A DNA stretch of 63,690 nt, counting the filler, from Nemertoderma westbladi (lineage: Eukaryota; Animalia; Xenacoelomorpha): NCBI GenBank assembly GCA_032718475.1. It is 3 parts of 3 records of this genome, joined end to end, with 100 filler letters (N's around TTAATTAATTAA, not from the genome) between each part and the next. Parts side by side here need not be neighbours in the genome. Positions count along the whole stretch, not along the records: positions 1 to 25,711 come from JAUCBJ010007124.1; positions 25,812 to 45,996 come from JAUCBJ010001579.1; 1 more part is not named here. One strand, written 5' to 3'. Shown here one piece after another: positions 17,557 through 27,814 of the stretch. Each line of letters starts with the position of its first letter. Within the stretch, counting starts at the first letter, position 1. A program made the position numbers and the translations under genes. A model generated the notes under the pieces. The model had not been told where the DNA came from. It saw only the letters and a program-made list of their open reading frames with translations, and searched no databases.

Positions 17557-20163
17557 TTGGTAAGGCACCACCTTACAGGTGAGCTAGTGAGAGTGTTCGG
17601 AATGGCGGGAAAACTGATCAGAAAGAGAAAGGTGGAACAAGGAGGAAAGGAGATACTGGTGGATTTCACCAAGAGGCATCCGGAAGAGAAGACGAGAGGA
17701 TACTACGAGAGGTTGGAAAAGGGTCACGCGGCACGAGCGCTGCAGGACCACTTCCGGGAGATGCACGAACAGCGGCTGGTCGGGACCTACGGGACGCCGT
17801 TGCTGGACAACGCGATCTTCCAACACTTCCACTACGTGGTGAAAGGGGACGAGGCGAAGTTCGGGATTCCGAAGTACCTGAGGGAGTCGCCGAAGAAGGA
17901 TTGGAAGAGGTTTATAGAGTCTGTCAACAGGGGAGGATATATGATCCTAGACGACGAGGGAACCGTGGAAGACGAGGAGGGTTCGAGACGAGGATCAGCG
18001 GGGTCGGCCAGGACCATACTCCTACATTTGGCCGCGCCAAATGGGGACATTTTCTTATTCGATCTAGGAACGTATGGGAAAAAGGACGGGCCGAAATTAA
18101 ACCGGTTGCCGAAAGCGGTGCAAGTCCTGGTAAGAGAGAAGTCGACGACGAAGGTGGGATCGGCGATTCGCGAGGATGCGGAGAGAATCATCGGTCCGGA
18201 CACCACCAACCTCCTGGATATGCAGAAGGTCTTCATGGCTATGACGGCACCAGATGGGTTGGGAGTAGTCGGGAACACAGGCCAATGCGGGGCGGTGGCA
18301 ATGGGCCAGCTATTGGGGCTCGTATGCCACAAACCGATGGACTGGGGGAAGTTCAGGGAGGAATACGGAGCAGAACTAGCGAACTCGCTAAAGTGGGGAG
18401 CGAGACCGGGAAGGCAAGAGGTGTATCAATTCCTCAGAGGAGCGATAAAGGTATATCAGAAGCGATATATCCTGCAGGAAGATTGGATGATGATGAGTTT
18501 GCTTAACTTATTCATGACCGTGGTTATCGAGAGGGAACCAGCGGCATTTCTGTTATCGGGATCACCCCTAAGCTACAGGAGAGCCTTTAAGACGGCCTTC
18601 GACGGTCTGGTAGACCACCCGGGGCTGAAGGGCGAGTCGGTGTATTACAACAGCCGACATCTGATAGACAGGGAGATAGATACGCCGTATCAGAGATGGG
18701 AGCAGCTAGAGACAGATAGACGAGAGGCAAAGCGACTGGAAGAAGTCGCTAGACGGGAAAGGATAGAAGCAGAGGAGAGGGAAGAGGAGGCCAGGACGCA
18801 GAGTTACGGCTTCGAGGAACAGGCAGGCTTAGACGAACTTCGTTGGACTTCATCAGGGAGTTCGGGGGAGTCTCTAGGGCGAGAACTGGGATGGACGGTG
18901 GGATCGCCGAAACAGTCAACGTCGGGGTTGCAAGCGATGCCCATACCAGCGGGCGCCGAAGGCGACCAACCGCCAAGGAAGTTAAGGGAGCTAGAGGGAT
19001 GGAGAGCTACGGGCGAGAGCCAAGGCGGGAAGGGACATAGTGGATCCATCGGGATACCGGGGTTGGAGCCACTGCCAGAGGAGGATGAAGACGACGACGA
19101 GGTCGGAGAGATGCCGCCCATCGGGAGGATAGGCCACTCGGACACGGACTGGGTTGGCGGGAGGGTGGTGACGGCCAGTGGGGCGAGGGCCTTCTGGGAT
19201 AGACCCGGCAAGCGGGCCTGGGTGCACAAGGAGCCGGCGATGGATTTCGCGGGGAGCACTATCAGGTTGGGTGAGCAACCGGGGACGGCACCACGGGTAG
19301 TATTCGGGGAGACGATGCCCGAGAGGGGCGAGGAGATCGACGTAGACAGGGACACTAACGTGCAGAAGTTCGCCTACCAGCAACTCCACAGACCGCGGAG
19401 ATCGCTTGGGACGAAAGACGATGTGGGGCGGGAGACATTGGTACTCGGTTGCGATTACTGTGGGAGACAGACCCACCAGGAAAGGAGCTGTTTGTACCGA
19501 TTCCAAAAGGGGACCTTTTGTCTCTACTGCCGCGAGTCGAGCCACAGGATGGGGGCGTGTCCACGGTTGCATAACCGATGTCCGAAGTGTAACTTCCGGG
19601 GACACTACGGACGCCAGTGCGACTGGATGGATGATGAAGAGAAGTTCAGAACCTTCAGGAGTGGGCGACTCGGGGCCATGACGCGGCAACGCATGAAGGC
19701 TCAGGAGTTCAAGTGGGGTTTCTTCCTTATCAATCAGGAGGCTCACTTGGAAATCATAAAGCGGAGGTTACCGTTTACCTATCAAGAGGTAGCAACGGCG
19801 GCGTCGTATGCCGGGGTGATAAATACACAAAGGTATTTGGACAGGTGGACGCCACAGAATCGAGGGGAGTTTAGGGATTTCCTGGCGGAGCACGTGCCGC
19901 GGGCAATGAAGATGATCTTATGGGACGCCACCAGGGGGAGACAACAGGGCCACTCGGAGGGGCCACCCGCGAAGCGATATCGGGAGCTGATAACACCAGC
20001 ACCCAAGGAGCCAACGACCGGGATCAGCAAGGAGGTGGCGGCGAGGGTCCGAAGACAGAAAACGGATCCCAGAGGAGCGGTAGTGACCAGGAAACGACCC
20101 AGGGAGGAGGACGGCAAAGGGAAAGACTTGAGGTGGTTCCCAAAGTCAGGGGGGATAAACTGA
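17557..20163 (+). CDS. Extra ORF of the BEL/Pao element: DEDDy-like 3'-5' exonuclease + acidic linker + 3 CCHC zinc knuckles + basic tail (868 aa)
   Basis: ExoI-like MILDDEG (17941); LLHLA..DIFLFDL; LP.AV..LV....TKVGSAIRED (ExoII-like); LLDMQ; LG..CHK; ExoIII-like YILQED; CDYCGRQTHQERSC, CLYCRESSHRMGAC, CPKCNFRGHYGRQC; uninterrupted; first ATG 17602, frame open from 17491. Confidence 0.8.
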   Translation: MVRHHLTGELVRVFGMAGKLIRKRKVEQGGKEILVDFTKRHPEEKTRGYYERLEKGHAARALQDHFREMHEQRLVGTYGTPLLDNAIFQHFHYVVKGDEAKFGIPKYLRESPKKDWKRFIESVNRGGYMILDDEGTVEDEEGSRRGSAGSARTILLHLAAPNGDIFLFDLGTYGKKDGPKLNRLPKAVQVLVREKSTTKVGSAIREDAERIIGPDTTNLLDMQKVFMAMTAPDGLGVVGNTGQCGAVAMGQLLGLVCHKPMDWGKFREEYGAELANSLKWGARPGRQEVYQFLRGAIKVYQKRYILQEDWMMMSLLNLFMTVVIEREPAAFLLSGSPLSYRRAFKTAFDGLVDHPGLKGESVYYNSRHLIDREIDTPYQRWEQLETDRREAKRLEEVARRERIEAEEREEEARTQSYGFEEQAGLDELRWTSSGSSGESLGRELGWTVGSPKQSTSGLQAMPIPAGAEGDQPPRKLRELEGWRATGESQGGKGHSGSIGIPGLEPLPEEDEDDDEVGEMPPIGRIGHSDTDWVGGRVVTASGARAFWDRPGKRAWVHKEPAMDFAGSTIRLGEQPGTAPRVVFGETMPERGEEIDVDRDTNVQKFAYQQLHRPRRSLGTKDDVGRETLVLGCDYCGRQTHQERSCLYRFQKGTFCLYCRESSHRMGACPRLHNRCPKCNFRGHYGRQCDWMDDEEKFRTFRSGRLGAMTRQRMKAQEFKWGFFLINQEAHLEIIKRRLPFTYQEVATAASYAGVINTQRYLDRWTPQNRGEFRDFLAEHVPRAMKMILWDATRGRQQGHSEGPPAKRYRELITPAPKEPTTGISKEVAARVRRQKTDPRGAVVTRKRPREEDGKGKDLRWFPKSGGIN

Positions 20164-20830
20164 GACTTCGATGTGGTACGCCTGGAAGGCGCCACGTGAG
20201 ACGTGCGAACTATTAAGTACAAATTCAAAATGATGCAAATAATTAAATAAGTGCAATTGTATGTACGTACGTAGTAATCAGTAGTTTAGTTATGAAATAT
20301 ACGTTCGAAGTAAGTACTATAGTCATTCAACCTTTCTCAATTAGCTACTGGGACTGGGGGGCTAACTGACTATGGTACTATGGACGAGACACTAGACGAT
20401 TTCACACTTCTTGAGTGCGACGGCACAGGAGGGGGGGTGAGATTCGTCAGAAGGGATGAGGTAGTCAAAGAGGGGTCGAGTAAAGGTGATAGTGCGGAGT
20501 GCGGAGAGAGTGCGAATGCAATTCAAGTGTGTGGGAGGAATAGGAGGCTGAGTGAGGGACAGGGAAGTCCGAGAGTTAGAGCGATAGTGAGGAGAAGTAG
20601 AGGAGAGTCAGGGTGAGAACAGTGTGGAGTTAAAGTGGCAAAAGTGTTGGGGAAACAAAAGTCGTGTGAGAGGAGCGCACGATCGGCCCGACATGGGACG
20701 CCAGGCGAACCGGGTGGCGATATCATACCCATAGGGAGCGGCCTGGAAAGCCGGCTCCGAGAGAAAATAGTTCCACCCCACACCCGATACTAGATCGGGA
20801 TCCAGCGGAATTGTAGCGCACTTTAGGAGG

Positions 20831-20868
20831 ATGCTATCTTCTCACCGGGAAGATAGCATGGGGGGGAG
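20831..20868 (+). promoter_or_regulatory. Perfect 11-bp hairpin followed by the polypurine tract
   Basis: atgctatcttc-tcaccgg-gaagatagcat (20831-20859), then gggggggag abutting the 3' LTR. Confidence 0.8.
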
Positions 20869-21378
20869 TGTTAGCGTATTCAATTCCGCTAACACAAACC
20901 CATAAAGTAAGCCGTTAAGCAATATTGGGGGCCACGAGGTTGATTACCCAATCTCGTGCCACCCCAATAAAATGGGAAGGAGAAACACACAATAAGGGTC
21001 AGGGGCCACACCCCTGACCGAGAGAGAATAGCTGGAGTGAAGGGAAACACTCCAAAGGGCGCCAACAGGGATATTAGCCAATGGGAGGGAGGCACCGGCT
21101 AGGTACAGTAACAAGGCCAACCCGTGCAATATAACCAGTTAACGGTAATCAGTTATTTCAGTTATCTCATTGTGTTGGTCGGTTTAGCTAGGATAGGACC
21201 GGAACTTTAATTACCGTTGTGTAACCACTGTGCAGACATCTATATCTATATCTATACTATTATACCGGAGGACTTTATACAGCAATCAGCAATCATCCAC
21301 CTTTTACACACACACGGCGGGAACGCGACGCGTAAATTAAAACCGGATAAACCGGGATCCTTTGTGGATCCCGTCACA
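20869..21378 (+). repeat. 3' LTR (510 bp)
   Basis: Near-identical to 6673-7182; followed by poly-C. Confidence 0.95.
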
Positions 21379-24300
21379 CCCCCCCCCCCCCCCCCCCCCC
21401 CCCAGTGCTAAGTGTGTGCCTTGCATGAATATAAATTTAAATATACATTAAACAGTTAAAGAAACATGAAATAATCAAAAATAACCGTATGCAAAACCGT
21501 TTGCAAATTCATCTGTTCATGCAAAACCTGACATAAATCAAAATATGTAATATGTAGCCTGTATAGGTCAATATTTATAATATAACAAATACAGACATAT
21601 TGATTTAAAGCATAAAACTCAGACGGAACAGGTTACTAAGCCAATACAATAGTGTAGGCGTAGGCCTACACGTAGGGTTGATTGTGATAGCCTACTGATA
21701 ACAGGATAATATTAAATGCAAACAAAAGTGTTATGTACAGACCATACTGTAGGGCCTACAGTTGTAGTTTGTTGTATTATACTGTACACCGGTAGGTGTA
21801 CATATAAGCCCGTCTAAATTAAATACTTTAGGCCTATTTAAGACAGCCAACAATAAAGTAAAAACAATTCTCGAAATTAATTACACAGCAACTACATCAA
21901 CAGCACCGGTACGTACCGCCTCACACGTTAAACTTATTATTTCCTACAATAGGTAAGAACTAAGAACTGAACTACAGTATGCTGAATAGGCGTCATTAAA
22001 AAAATAATAAATACTGTATGATAAAAAGTGAAATAAACATAATATAACACAAATAATAACACAAATAATGTCATATCAAAACAACTGGATGCAGCATATA
22101 TAATTTCGATTATTTCGACTTCCATATAATATGTAGGCCTAGTCACCAAGTCATTTTATTTTTGAAATTCACACACTTTGCACCAAATTTGTGCCCTTGC
22201 CAAAATCCAAACCTTTCTTTATCCGCCAGTGCTGCGACTCTTACAGTACACGTTAGTGGGGCATCGCGCAGTAGGTGACGTCCCATGGCTTGAGCAAGTT
22301 CAAACTATTTCGATTTGATCTGGAATCAATAGCTCGAGAGGTATTTGCCAGCAACTTTCAAAAATATTGGAACTTTTTCTATAGTATGTCCATACAATAT
22401 TGGGTTGATAATGGTTATAATCTTCAAAAGTTATTTACGAATGAATTTTTATTTCAGACAGACAGACGGACATGAAATTTTCCCCTACTTACTAATTATA
22501 ATTGTGCGCTAAGGCTCGCCCTGACTGCGTGGCTCGCCCCACAGCAGAACACTATCACTGTAGGCCTATTTGTTTTTATGTGTTTGTATATCATTATCGT
22601 TGTTCCTGTTTATATGGCATTTATTTAACTAGTGTGGCGCCTTTCGATGGCTGATTTAGACCATATTTAATTTATATTTCTTTAAGGGGAAATACGAATA
22701 AAATACACTAAATAAACTAACGATGTTTCATTGAGGATTAAGAAAACAGAAACTTCTGAATATTTGAAGAAAACTAAATTACTGTATTATAGGTAAATTC
22801 TGATTTGTTTGTACAAAATGTATTTAATTCACAGTAGTTTATTTATTTTTTCAACATAATTTAGTTTATTTTGTTACTGTTTTCTTAATCCCCAAACAAC
22901 CTATACCACCTAAACATTATAATTTGGTTTATTTTTTTGTGTATATTATACTGTTCAATTTATTTTAGACATTACTCATTAGGCCCATTCTCACCAAAAT
23001 TGGCCAAACGGGTGTCCGAGGCCATAACTTCTGTTTATGCCGGTTCTAGGAAGTGGTGGATGGCTTTGAAGAAAGCTGCTGCTGCTGAAAAGTAGATTAT
23101 GTACAATTAATTTAAGCTCAAACAGACATCATACCCGCAGCAGAACATAATACGACCACAAAAATGATATTTTCAATGTCCGGGGTCCAATAGGGGTCTA
23201 ATAGAACAAACTGTGATAAAATTCCAACACTATACATACAGTACATGTAGGTCATATCCAGTAAACCCGAAGCATTATTAGAAAGCTGGATAAATGGAGA
23301 TTCTTTTTCAGGAGTATTTGTATGCATACAATGTCGTGTCAAATTCAATTCAAGTGTCGTCCATCTCCATTTAACATCGTATCCGACACTTTTCTTATTT
23401 TTATGTTCGACCCTGTAATGGTGCTGATTTTATTTTAACTTTTTTAAGAGTAATCCTAAAAGTAAATATTCATATAAAATTTTACCAGGATAACCAGACC
23501 ATGTTAAAAAAAAACATGTAATCTGAACATGTAAAACATGTAAATGTAAAATAAACCATGTAATCGTCTTCTAAGTAGACCAAGGTTTATGTACTGTAAC
23601 AATCAATTTGCCCGGTCCCTGTAGTGGTTAGACAGGCCAGCTACTGTATTTGAAAATGATAGAATTACAGATAAGAGTTAAGATAGTGCCAGAGTCGTAT
23701 TTCAACGCGCGTTCTAGAGGTGTATAAAATATGTAGGTTAGCCACACTGAAATTATCTCAGACAAGACTGTAGTCAATCACTGTATCCTCCCTGTACAGT
23801 TGTATTGGCGTCTGCCACTCACTGTGATAATGTATGGATCTGGGATGATTACAGTGCCGGACAGTCCGGACTGTTCATGTTCACGTTCACCAATGTATGT
23901 ACAGTAATATCTATGTTTAATATAATAAATGTATATCTTAATCTTTCACTATTCAAAATATAATTATAGGCGGAGATTATTATATATTTACCTAGAAATG
24001 AATGCATTACAAGCCGGACAAATCATTACAGGGAAGGATCGAGATAATGATCTATTTTGCCTAAATGTTAAGCATTACAGGCCGGAACAATTCATTACAG
24101 GGCAGACTCGTTATTTTAAATAAAAAATAATTTTTTCAACGGCTCAAAAGTGTTTGTCCATGGCAGCATGGTACGGTCCCCATGAAATTCGCCTGACATC
24201 AAGAGCTTTTAGAAAATATGGGTTTACTATATTCTGGTGCAATTTTTTTGAAAATACTTTAATAGCCTTTAATAGAATTCAACTCACTAAATAGGTGCAG

Positions 24301-24614
24301 CAACGCAGCCAATTGAAGTTATGTTGATATAATCCCAGTAGTTGGTTTAGTATGGTTTACTGAGTTGGATTTCGTTGGGTAAGTTTTACTATTAACAAAC
24401 TATGGTGTATGAGCGGGAAATTTGAAAATGTTAAACCCCAATCGCTGGCATCTGTTTTTTGTTAATACTGTAATACAGTACCGGTACCTAATTCTGTAAT
24501 TAGTTTACTAGGCTACCTACTGACCTACCATACATTCTGACATTAGTTTATTAATAGGGCCTAGTTACCCTACCACTACAGAAAGGGGATTCACCCCATA
24601 TCCGCTATCTGGAC

Positions 24615-25466
24615 ATGAATAACCGACCAATCTCTGATAAAAACCTCAGTTTCATGCGGAACATCAACACAAAACTCTTCGAAGAATGGGTTGTGGATGA
24701 ACTACAATCTAAAGGTGTTGATAATATCAATAATCTTTCTATAGGGAAGAGAAGAGATAGTCTGTTGCACTACGCGACCAAGTACAATCGGGTGGATCTG
24801 TGCGAGGTTTTAGTATCGAAGTTTGGCATATCAACAGAAATATCGAATTCCGAGGGTCAACGGCCTATCCATGTTGCTACGAGTTTGGGTTGCGTGGAAT
24901 CGATTTCTTTCCTTTTATCTTCCGGAGCCAACGTTAATTCTCTTAAGCGGGCGGACTGGACTCCGTCAATGTTAGCCAGCTCCAAGTCGAATATTACTAT
25001 TCTTAACTTACTAATACAACACAAAGCGAATTTACACTTGAAAAATAAAGACGGCTGGAATTGTTTCCATTTAGCATGTCGGGAAAGAAGTACAGATGTT
25101 TTAAATTTGTTACTTTCGATTGACCCTACATTGAATAGGACCGTTAGTAGAAACGGACGAACCCCTTTACACACGGCTTGTTTGCACGGCAACATTGAGG
25201 TTGTCCGCTTCCTATTAACCAAATGCCGTGACTCTTCTATCAATGAAGCTGATAGTTGTGGCAGTACCCCGGTAATGGAATGCGTTCGGGGCGACCATGT
25301 TGATGTACTGGAGTTTCTGGTGGGAGAAGGAGTTGATATCGACAAAGTGGATAGGGTGGGAATGAACTGTACCGATGTCGCTGAGTTTTGTAAATCTATA
25401 AAATGCTCTCGTTTCCTCAGCGATTTGCAATGCCCAACTAAATCTTTGGTGAGTTCAGAGTCGTAA
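24615..25466 (+). CDS. ANKRD16: Ankyrin repeat protein, ANKRD16-like, single coding exon (283 aa)
   Basis: LKRADWTP.MLA, LKNKDGWNCFHLACRE, RTPLHTACLHG, DSCGSTP match the ANKRD16 repeat series as I recall it. Confidence 0.8.
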   Translation: MNNRPISDKNLSFMRNINTKLFEEWVVDELQSKGVDNINNLSIGKRRDSLLHYATKYNRVDLCEVLVSKFGISTEISNSEGQRPIHVATSLGCVESISFLLSSGANVNSLKRADWTPSMLASSKSNITILNLLIQHKANLHLKNKDGWNCFHLACRERSTDVLNLLLSIDPTLNRTVSRNGRTPLHTACLHGNIEVVRFLLTKCRDSSINEADSCGSTPVMECVRGDHVDVLEFLVGEGVDIDKVDRVGMNCTDVAEFCKSIKCSRFLSDLQCPTKSLVSSES

Positions 25467-25711
25467 TTGTTTTGGATTCGTACGAGATTAATCAATGGTT
25501 CATTTTTATCTGAAATAATATTAATATACCAGTTTGGGTTCATAAAACGTTTAGTCCAAAAATCTGACCCTGATCTTTTGAAGTTAAAAATATAACCGTC
25601 CCATGGTTGACTAGTGTCACTGTCACATACACAACATTTGTGGAAAAATAACTGCGTTAATACTATATATATAAATAGAGTTAATGTAAGGATGTGGTGT
25701 GTGGGGCGAGT

Positions 25712-25811
25712 NNNNNNNNNNNNNNNNNNNNNNNNNNNNNNNNNNNNNNNNNNNNTTAATTAATTAANNNNNNNNNNNNNNNNNNNNNNNNNNNNNNNNN
25801 NNNNNNNNNNN
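25712..25811. other. Synthetic assembly gap/linker
   Basis: 44 N + TTAATTAATTAA + 44 N. Confidence 0.95.
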
Positions 25812-26013
25812 ATGGGATGGGATGGGATGGGATGGGATGGGATGGGATGGGATGGGATGGGATGGGATGGGATGGGATGGGATGGGATGGGATGGGATGG
25901 GATGGGATGGGATGGGATGGGATGGGATGGGATGGGATGGGATGGGATGGGATGGGATGGGATGGGATGGGATGGGATGGGATGGGATGGGATGGGATGG
26001 GATGGGATGGGAT
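25812..26013. repeat. (ATGGG)n microsatellite
   Basis: About 40 perfect copies adjoining the gap. Confidence 0.95.
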
Positions 26014-26079
26014 GAAAAAAATATTAACAAATGTCCATAAAGCTTAATCGAATGAAATTTCACTTCAAAATAATAAAAC

Positions 26080-26307
26080 ATGTTATGTGGGTATATGTAT
26101 GACGGTATGTTATGTGGGTATATGTATGACGGTATGTTTATGTGGGTATATGTATGACGGTATGTTATGTGGGTATTATGTATGACGGTATGTTATGTGG
26201 GTATATGTATGACGGTATGTTTATGTGGGTATATGTATGACGGTATGTTATGTGGGTATATGTATAACGGTATGTTATGTGGGTATATGTATGACGGTAT
26301 GTTATGT
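26080..26307. repeat. 27-bp minisatellite
   Basis: atgttatgtgggtatatgtatgacggt x ~8. Confidence 0.9.
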
Positions 26308-27117
26308 CGTGACAGTTTTAATAAACAATTAATGTAAATGTTATACTTTTTTTCAATGTCTTAAATTTGTCGTGCTCCCGATATGACATGCATTCGCATT
26401 GGACTGCCGTTGTTTATTTAATGCCGTGCCATTCAATTGTGTATCACATATAATATCTCATCACAATAGGCCTGCTATACAGTAGCAGTAGGCCTACTAA
26501 CTAATATTTTAGTGTAAATAAAATTATCTAACGTTGCCCTGTAACCTGATACTTTTTGTGATAATTGACATATAATTTGTAAATCTTCAGATTTACTTAC
26601 TGTAAGAAAATCGTGTCTGTTTGTCTGTCTGTCTGTTTGCTTGTTTGTTTGTTTGTCACACGAAAGGCTCCGAAACTATCCGGTCAATTGTGTTGTTTTT
26701 AGTACCTTCCTGTAGAGTATGGTCTAAATGGGTGTAATTTGTAAATCTTCAGATTTACTTACTGGAATGTGAATTTATCACTATTACCAGGTGAATGAAT
26801 TTTAGTAATAATGTAGGCCTTCAACTGTAAGTACTACAATAATTGGTGTAATTAGAATCATAAGAGGGAAACGTAGGTTTAGAAAATTGGATCATTGTCA
26901 GGCCTAAAGGAACAAAGTGATTTAAAAAGTTTAATATTACTGTAGTATATTAATTAATTAATATAAGTGTTATGGAGTTTGAAGATTTACATCCCGCGTG
27001 CTTGCACGCCACTAGTCTGTGAAATTTGTAATTGTTATGATTTTATGAACGAGATTCTTTTTATCCCCAAGTTCACCCAATTCTACAATCCCGCTGCTAC
27101 CTTATTCTTATGTTTAC

Positions 27118-27375
27118 TCACTCATTATTGTTTTCAGTTGGTTTCCATTCAATCCCCTCGCAACTGCCACCTGGAGAATTATATCCGAACTCATTAATAA
27201 TAAGTTCAACCGAGGCGAGACTATTACCGTCCTCCAGGTTTATGCTTCCCGTAATGTCTATCTTCCCGTCATCTTCACTGGGAGTCAATGTAACAGATCC
27301 ATGTATTGTTTTTGGTTCGGCGTGTGACATCAACAGAGCCCCAGCGGTGTGTCCCTTTTTGAAATAAATTGAGAC
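27118..27375 (-). CDS. Probable exon encoding a Cu/Zn superoxide dismutase-like beta-barrel N-terminus lacking His ligands
   Basis: GSVTLTPSEDDGKIDITGSI...LIINEFGYNSPGGSC aligns with SOD1 [20 protein letters not shown]...FHVHEFGDNTAGC; splice boundaries unresolved. Confidence 0.4.
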   Translation of the reverse strand, partial: VSIYFKKGHTAGALLMSHAEPKTIHGSVTLTPSEDDGKIDITGSINLEDGNSLASVELIINEFGYNSPGGSCEGIEWKPTENNNE

Positions 27376-27814
27376 TTAGAGTAAAAACTGTAAATCACAA
27401 AATGTATTTAGCTATTACCTTGCAAACATCATCATAGCGTGAGTAATTAGCAATTAATAAAATAATATTACAGGAATTAATTTACTATATGTAGGGCCTA
27501 CAGTAAATTTTACTGGATAATTTCTATAATTCTAATTGTGGAGTTTTTTATAAAACAAATTATCAAATAAATGGATTTCCTGCAATATTTCTAACTGTTG
27601 TTTATTTTATTAGTTCATTCCATCAGTTTATGTAACCTGCTTGCTCCTTCACTATATTTTATATTCCAATTTGTAGGTCTGAAATTTTTTATTTGTCAAG
27701 TTCATTTGACGATCCAGTTTGGTATAGGTAGAATACACAGTTTTACAATCCCAATAGGAGATAGAGAGAGGGCAGCACACTTTTGATTATTGATGCATTA
27801 TTTGGCATTAAAAT

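Larger units (their letters stand above)
6673..21378 (+). mobile_element. Full-length BEL/Pao LTR retrotransposon (14.7 kb) with an additional ORF
   Basis: Direct TG...CA LTRs; domain order gag-PR-RT-RNaseH-IN with BEL-type motifs (VDSGA, CDIEGMF, FYVDD, FSDAS, SVPKLEL, WTDS, NPAD, GVDMFGP, SDNGTNF, WRLARV..DGRVRSV); PPT before 3' LTR; poly-C flanks compatible with CCCCC TSD. Confidence 0.95.

Noticed and set aside
17557-20163. env gene
   Set aside because: No signal peptide, fusion peptide or C-terminal TM; the only hydrophobic patch is the helix after the ExoIII-like motif
7287-20228. Numerous minus-strand ORFs inside the retrotransposon
   Set aside because: Shadows of purine-rich sense ORFs (S/L/P-rich), no motifs
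23118-23412. Possible minus-strand exon after a ccattacag acceptor
   Set aside because: Open frame but no recognisable domain and no verifiable splice partner
24857-25543. 228-aa antisense ORF over ANKRD16
   Set aside because: Shadow frame of the ankyrin gene
25764-26081. MGWDG / SHPIP repeat proteins
   Set aside because: Translations of the (ATGGG)n microsatellite
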